Below are positions 60,781 through 64,000 of a stretch of 64,000 bases of DNA, in pieces. The position numbers and the translations under genes were made by a program. The notes beneath the pieces were generated by a model that saw nothing but the letters and a program-made list of their open reading frames with translations, searched no databases and was not told where the DNA came from. The DNA is taken from contig NC_135909.1 of assembly GCF_964194155.1 (NCBI RefSeq), forward strand, positions 62,001 to 126,000, read 5' to 3'. Origin of the DNA: Cetorhinus maximus. Lineage: Eukaryota. How positions within the stretch are numbered: the first letter of the stretch is position 1; every line of letters starts with the position of its first letter.

Positions 60781-63700
60781 ACATCCCAGGTCGTTTAATT
60801 TCAATAGACAAGACACTGCACTTCATTCTTAGACACTTCATAAACCCTGAGTGTTGTAGGCAGAGTGTGGATCAGATCCAAAATATCCTTGTCAAATGGA
60901 GGTTGTATGAATTGGGGAGACTTTGGAGAAAAATGTAAAAGTTAAGTTACTAGTGAAGGCAGGAAGCACCAAGTCTTTATTTTTTAAATTTTATTTTGAA
61001 GAGAACAAGGAAATGTTCACATATATATGTACAAGAAAAAAAGTCAGCGTCTTAGTCTGAACACACACTTAACATTGAAATTTCAAGGCACCTACAAAAA
61101 GAGGCCAAAGGGCTTCACAATGCACTTTGGTTTTATCTTCTGAATATCCTTGTTTCTGTGGACTAATTCTCATGGTTAAAAACACAGCAAGCCAATCCTA
61201 AACAATACAATACCTAGAAAATTAAAAAGGAATGACTATCTTTTTTATTATAATGGCTATTGAGCTTAACTAATTAACCTGCTCCCCTTGATTTATTGTG
61301 TTGTGTAATTATTCACATTTTGCAACAGGTGCCAGTGCTGATATTAATAATTCACATTTTGAAAGCTAGACCTTTGTAGGAAAAGAGTGTGGTATATAGA
61401 AAATTGTGCATTTCTGCAGATCCAGTATTTACGTCCTTGATCTCTGAAGTTCATTTTCTATGTATTCACTCCTTGCCCCTCAAACTCCATTCTAGATTTG
61501 TACAGGACATTTAGAATGATGGGGACAGGCAACATTCATACCGATGTTTTGGGCATCTGTGATATTTAGCGTACAGCACCTTTTAACTAGCTTTAGAAAA
61601 ACATTACTGGGTCAGTTCTCTGCCAAGGTGTATATTTGCCCAGTACAGCCCAAGAATGGTAAATAACGTTATGCAATGGCATGGCCTGGATTTTGTGATT
61701 GTAATAATGGCAAAACTGTCAACATTCACTGCCATTACAACTATGAAACTGACAGCAACTTCTGGCATTAGCACATGTGCAATTAAACACAAAAATCCAG
61801 AACCCCTGCTCCTAGGATGTGCCATTGAAAATTCTTGTAGGTGGTCATCCTCTGAAAACACTTGAATTAATGTGAATTTCCACTTTTACATTATTAGACT
61901 CACTGTAAAAACCCTTGAAAATATTACACTTTGTTGAAGGAGTTGTAACTGGGTTTTTAACAATGTGCTAAGTTTATAATTACTGATCAATAATCTCTCT
62001 GGCCCTGAAAAACTGATTTTATATTTGTGGAATGTCAAATTTCTCCATTCTGATAAATTCCCAGAGGTTTTTAGAGTAATAAAATGTATATTCTCTTAAA
62101 TTTGTTTGATATTTCAGTTTCTACCTTAATCCGATATATATGTCCCAATTTTATTTCACTTTCTGTGAAATAATTAAAATGTGAAGGATAATCAGGTGGT
62201 TTTTAACGACCTGGTGCGCTGTCTGTGAGAATTCTGCAATGTGATTGACTGTTTAACCAGCTGGTCGACATTCCTGTTGCTGAGAGCCAGAGATTCCCTT
62301 GAATTGATGTCAGAATCAAAGCAATGCTGGGGAAAGGGGAAACCAGACCACAGAGATTACTAAATCTTCTGTGGGCAGCCTTCTTCGAGGTCAGCAGTGA
62401 GTGCTGTCATTTTGCGGCTGACTACGAAATCTATATTGTTTCTGCACTGAGCTGTACTTCTCAGTAATGGCCAGGGTTCTTTGTATTCTCATTGGACCAT
62501 TCTGCCAGCTATGTCAGAGATATATCAGTCTGTGCAGTTCATGACACCAACTGAGAGAATATTTTATTTGGTAAGCAGGTTACCATATGCATTTTCCACA
62601 GCACAAGTGTGTACCATAGCCAACAATTTGATCTAATTTAAATGGTTGCTTCAGGATTCCTTAGTAATTGCTTAGTCTGGGATTTATATTGAGGAGAGAA
62701 TGTAACCATTCTTTTCACTGCAATTAAGGAACTATTAGGGCAAAGAATCCTTTGCACGTTGGGAAAAAAATTAATTTTGATGAGCAACGAACAATTCTAA
62801 ATGCTATATGGTGTGAACCTGAAAAGCGTTTAAGTGCAGTCATTTTAAATTTGCAACAGCTGAGGCCTCTGAGAATGTAGCAAATTTTATTTGTCAGCGA
62901 AAATTTCCTGATTTACAATAGTCTCTTGGATGCTGTTCTGAAGATGTTGTTATCTGTATAAATGTGGCAGACTGTCAGTAAGCATTATTGTCCTAAAAAG
63001 ATGAGAAGTGAATTATGGTAATCTTTGGCTTCTCCTAGGGTTGCCTTGTTTTGCCAAGTGAAAACCAGATCAGAAGTAAAGCTGGGGCAGATTCGAGGTT
63101 TGAGTTCTGTGATTTGCTTTACTGGTGGTAAAACAAAATGAATCAAAACTTTAATTTGTAGAACGTCATCATGAGGATGTGGGCTTCTCTAGCAAGGCCA
63201 TGTTTTATTGCCCTGAGAAGGTGGGTGTGGACTGCCTATTCGCTAGGCCAGAGGGCAGTAAGGGTCAACCATGTTGAAGTAAGACTGGAGTCACATCAAG
63301 GCCAGGGCAGCAGGTTTCCTTCCCTAAAGGGCAACAGTGAACAAGTTTGGTTTTTACAATGATCTGACAGCTTCATAGTCACTTTTACTGATACCAGTTT
63401 TTAATTGCAGAAAATTTTAATTCTAATTCTCAAAACTCTCATGGTGGGATTTGAACTCCTGCCTGGATTATTAGTTCAGCTACTTAACCACTACACTACC
63501 GTACCATTAGGGCCCCAATTATTAATAGTTCTGCATCATGGAAACATATGGAAAAATTAACTTTTATCTTTTGTGGTTATCAGATGTGCAATATACCTTT
63601 AAGAAGAATGTTCTAATAGAAGATCACATGATCTTATTATCCAATAACAGTGTAGTGTGGGCTACCTTAGTCGTCTGTAGTCAGCAGTTAGTAGTTTAGA

Positions 63701-64000
63701 ACAAGAGTCTGTAATGTAGAGACAGGGTTTTAGTTGTAAGTACCCAAGTGTAGCTGCTGAGTTCCTTCGTAAATAAATAGAATGTGTTCTACGTAAGAAC
63801 CGTCTGCTGATTTGCTATGTGTACGGTACCAACTCGGTCATCCTGAAACAAGTGTGCAACCCGGATCTATTAGTCCAGCTAAACTAGTGACAAGGATCCA
63901 ACATCTCCAAAGTAAAATTTTTGGTGTCTGATTTACCTCCCAGAAATGCCTAGATAATCTTCTCAGAAAGTGAACTTTCCTCAGTAAAATTGGTCAACAG

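Noticed and set aside
38142-64000. Nested FLRT1 coding exon
   Set aside because: No long leucine-rich-repeat ORF on either strand in this interval.

Overview
Vertebrate genomic DNA. The repeat content (CR1/L2/Tx1 LINEs, Deu-type SINEs, Penelope-like elements) points to a cartilaginous fish, probably a shark. Two genes lie head-to-head. STIP1/HOP is on the minus strand (coding exons 1-4, 11704 down to 1703, continuing off the left edge). MACROD1 is on the plus strand (coding exons 1-3, 16111-38141), followed by a very long intron 3 that runs off the right edge. A complete, intronless RILPL2 ORF (21976-22551) is nested antisense in MACROD1 intron 2, with an RFX X-box/PBX/MYB motif cluster upstream, and is a probable functional retrogene. 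Other notable signals are: a strong polypyrimidine-CAG|GTAAGA candidate recursive splice site in MACROD1 intron 3; Penelope-derived hammerhead-ribozyme-like insertions, including TSD-flanked fold-back hairpins; a STIP1 promoter built from about 100-bp CCAAT-CCAAT-PBX modules with fixed spacing; a 23-bp HRE-bearing minisatellite in STIP1 intron 1; and a three-layer nested transposon (Tx1 containing a CR1 and a Harbinger-type MITE). Most short ORFs in the supplied track are repeat-derived or spurious. All family assignments are by eye and from memory of the protein families; no database search was run.
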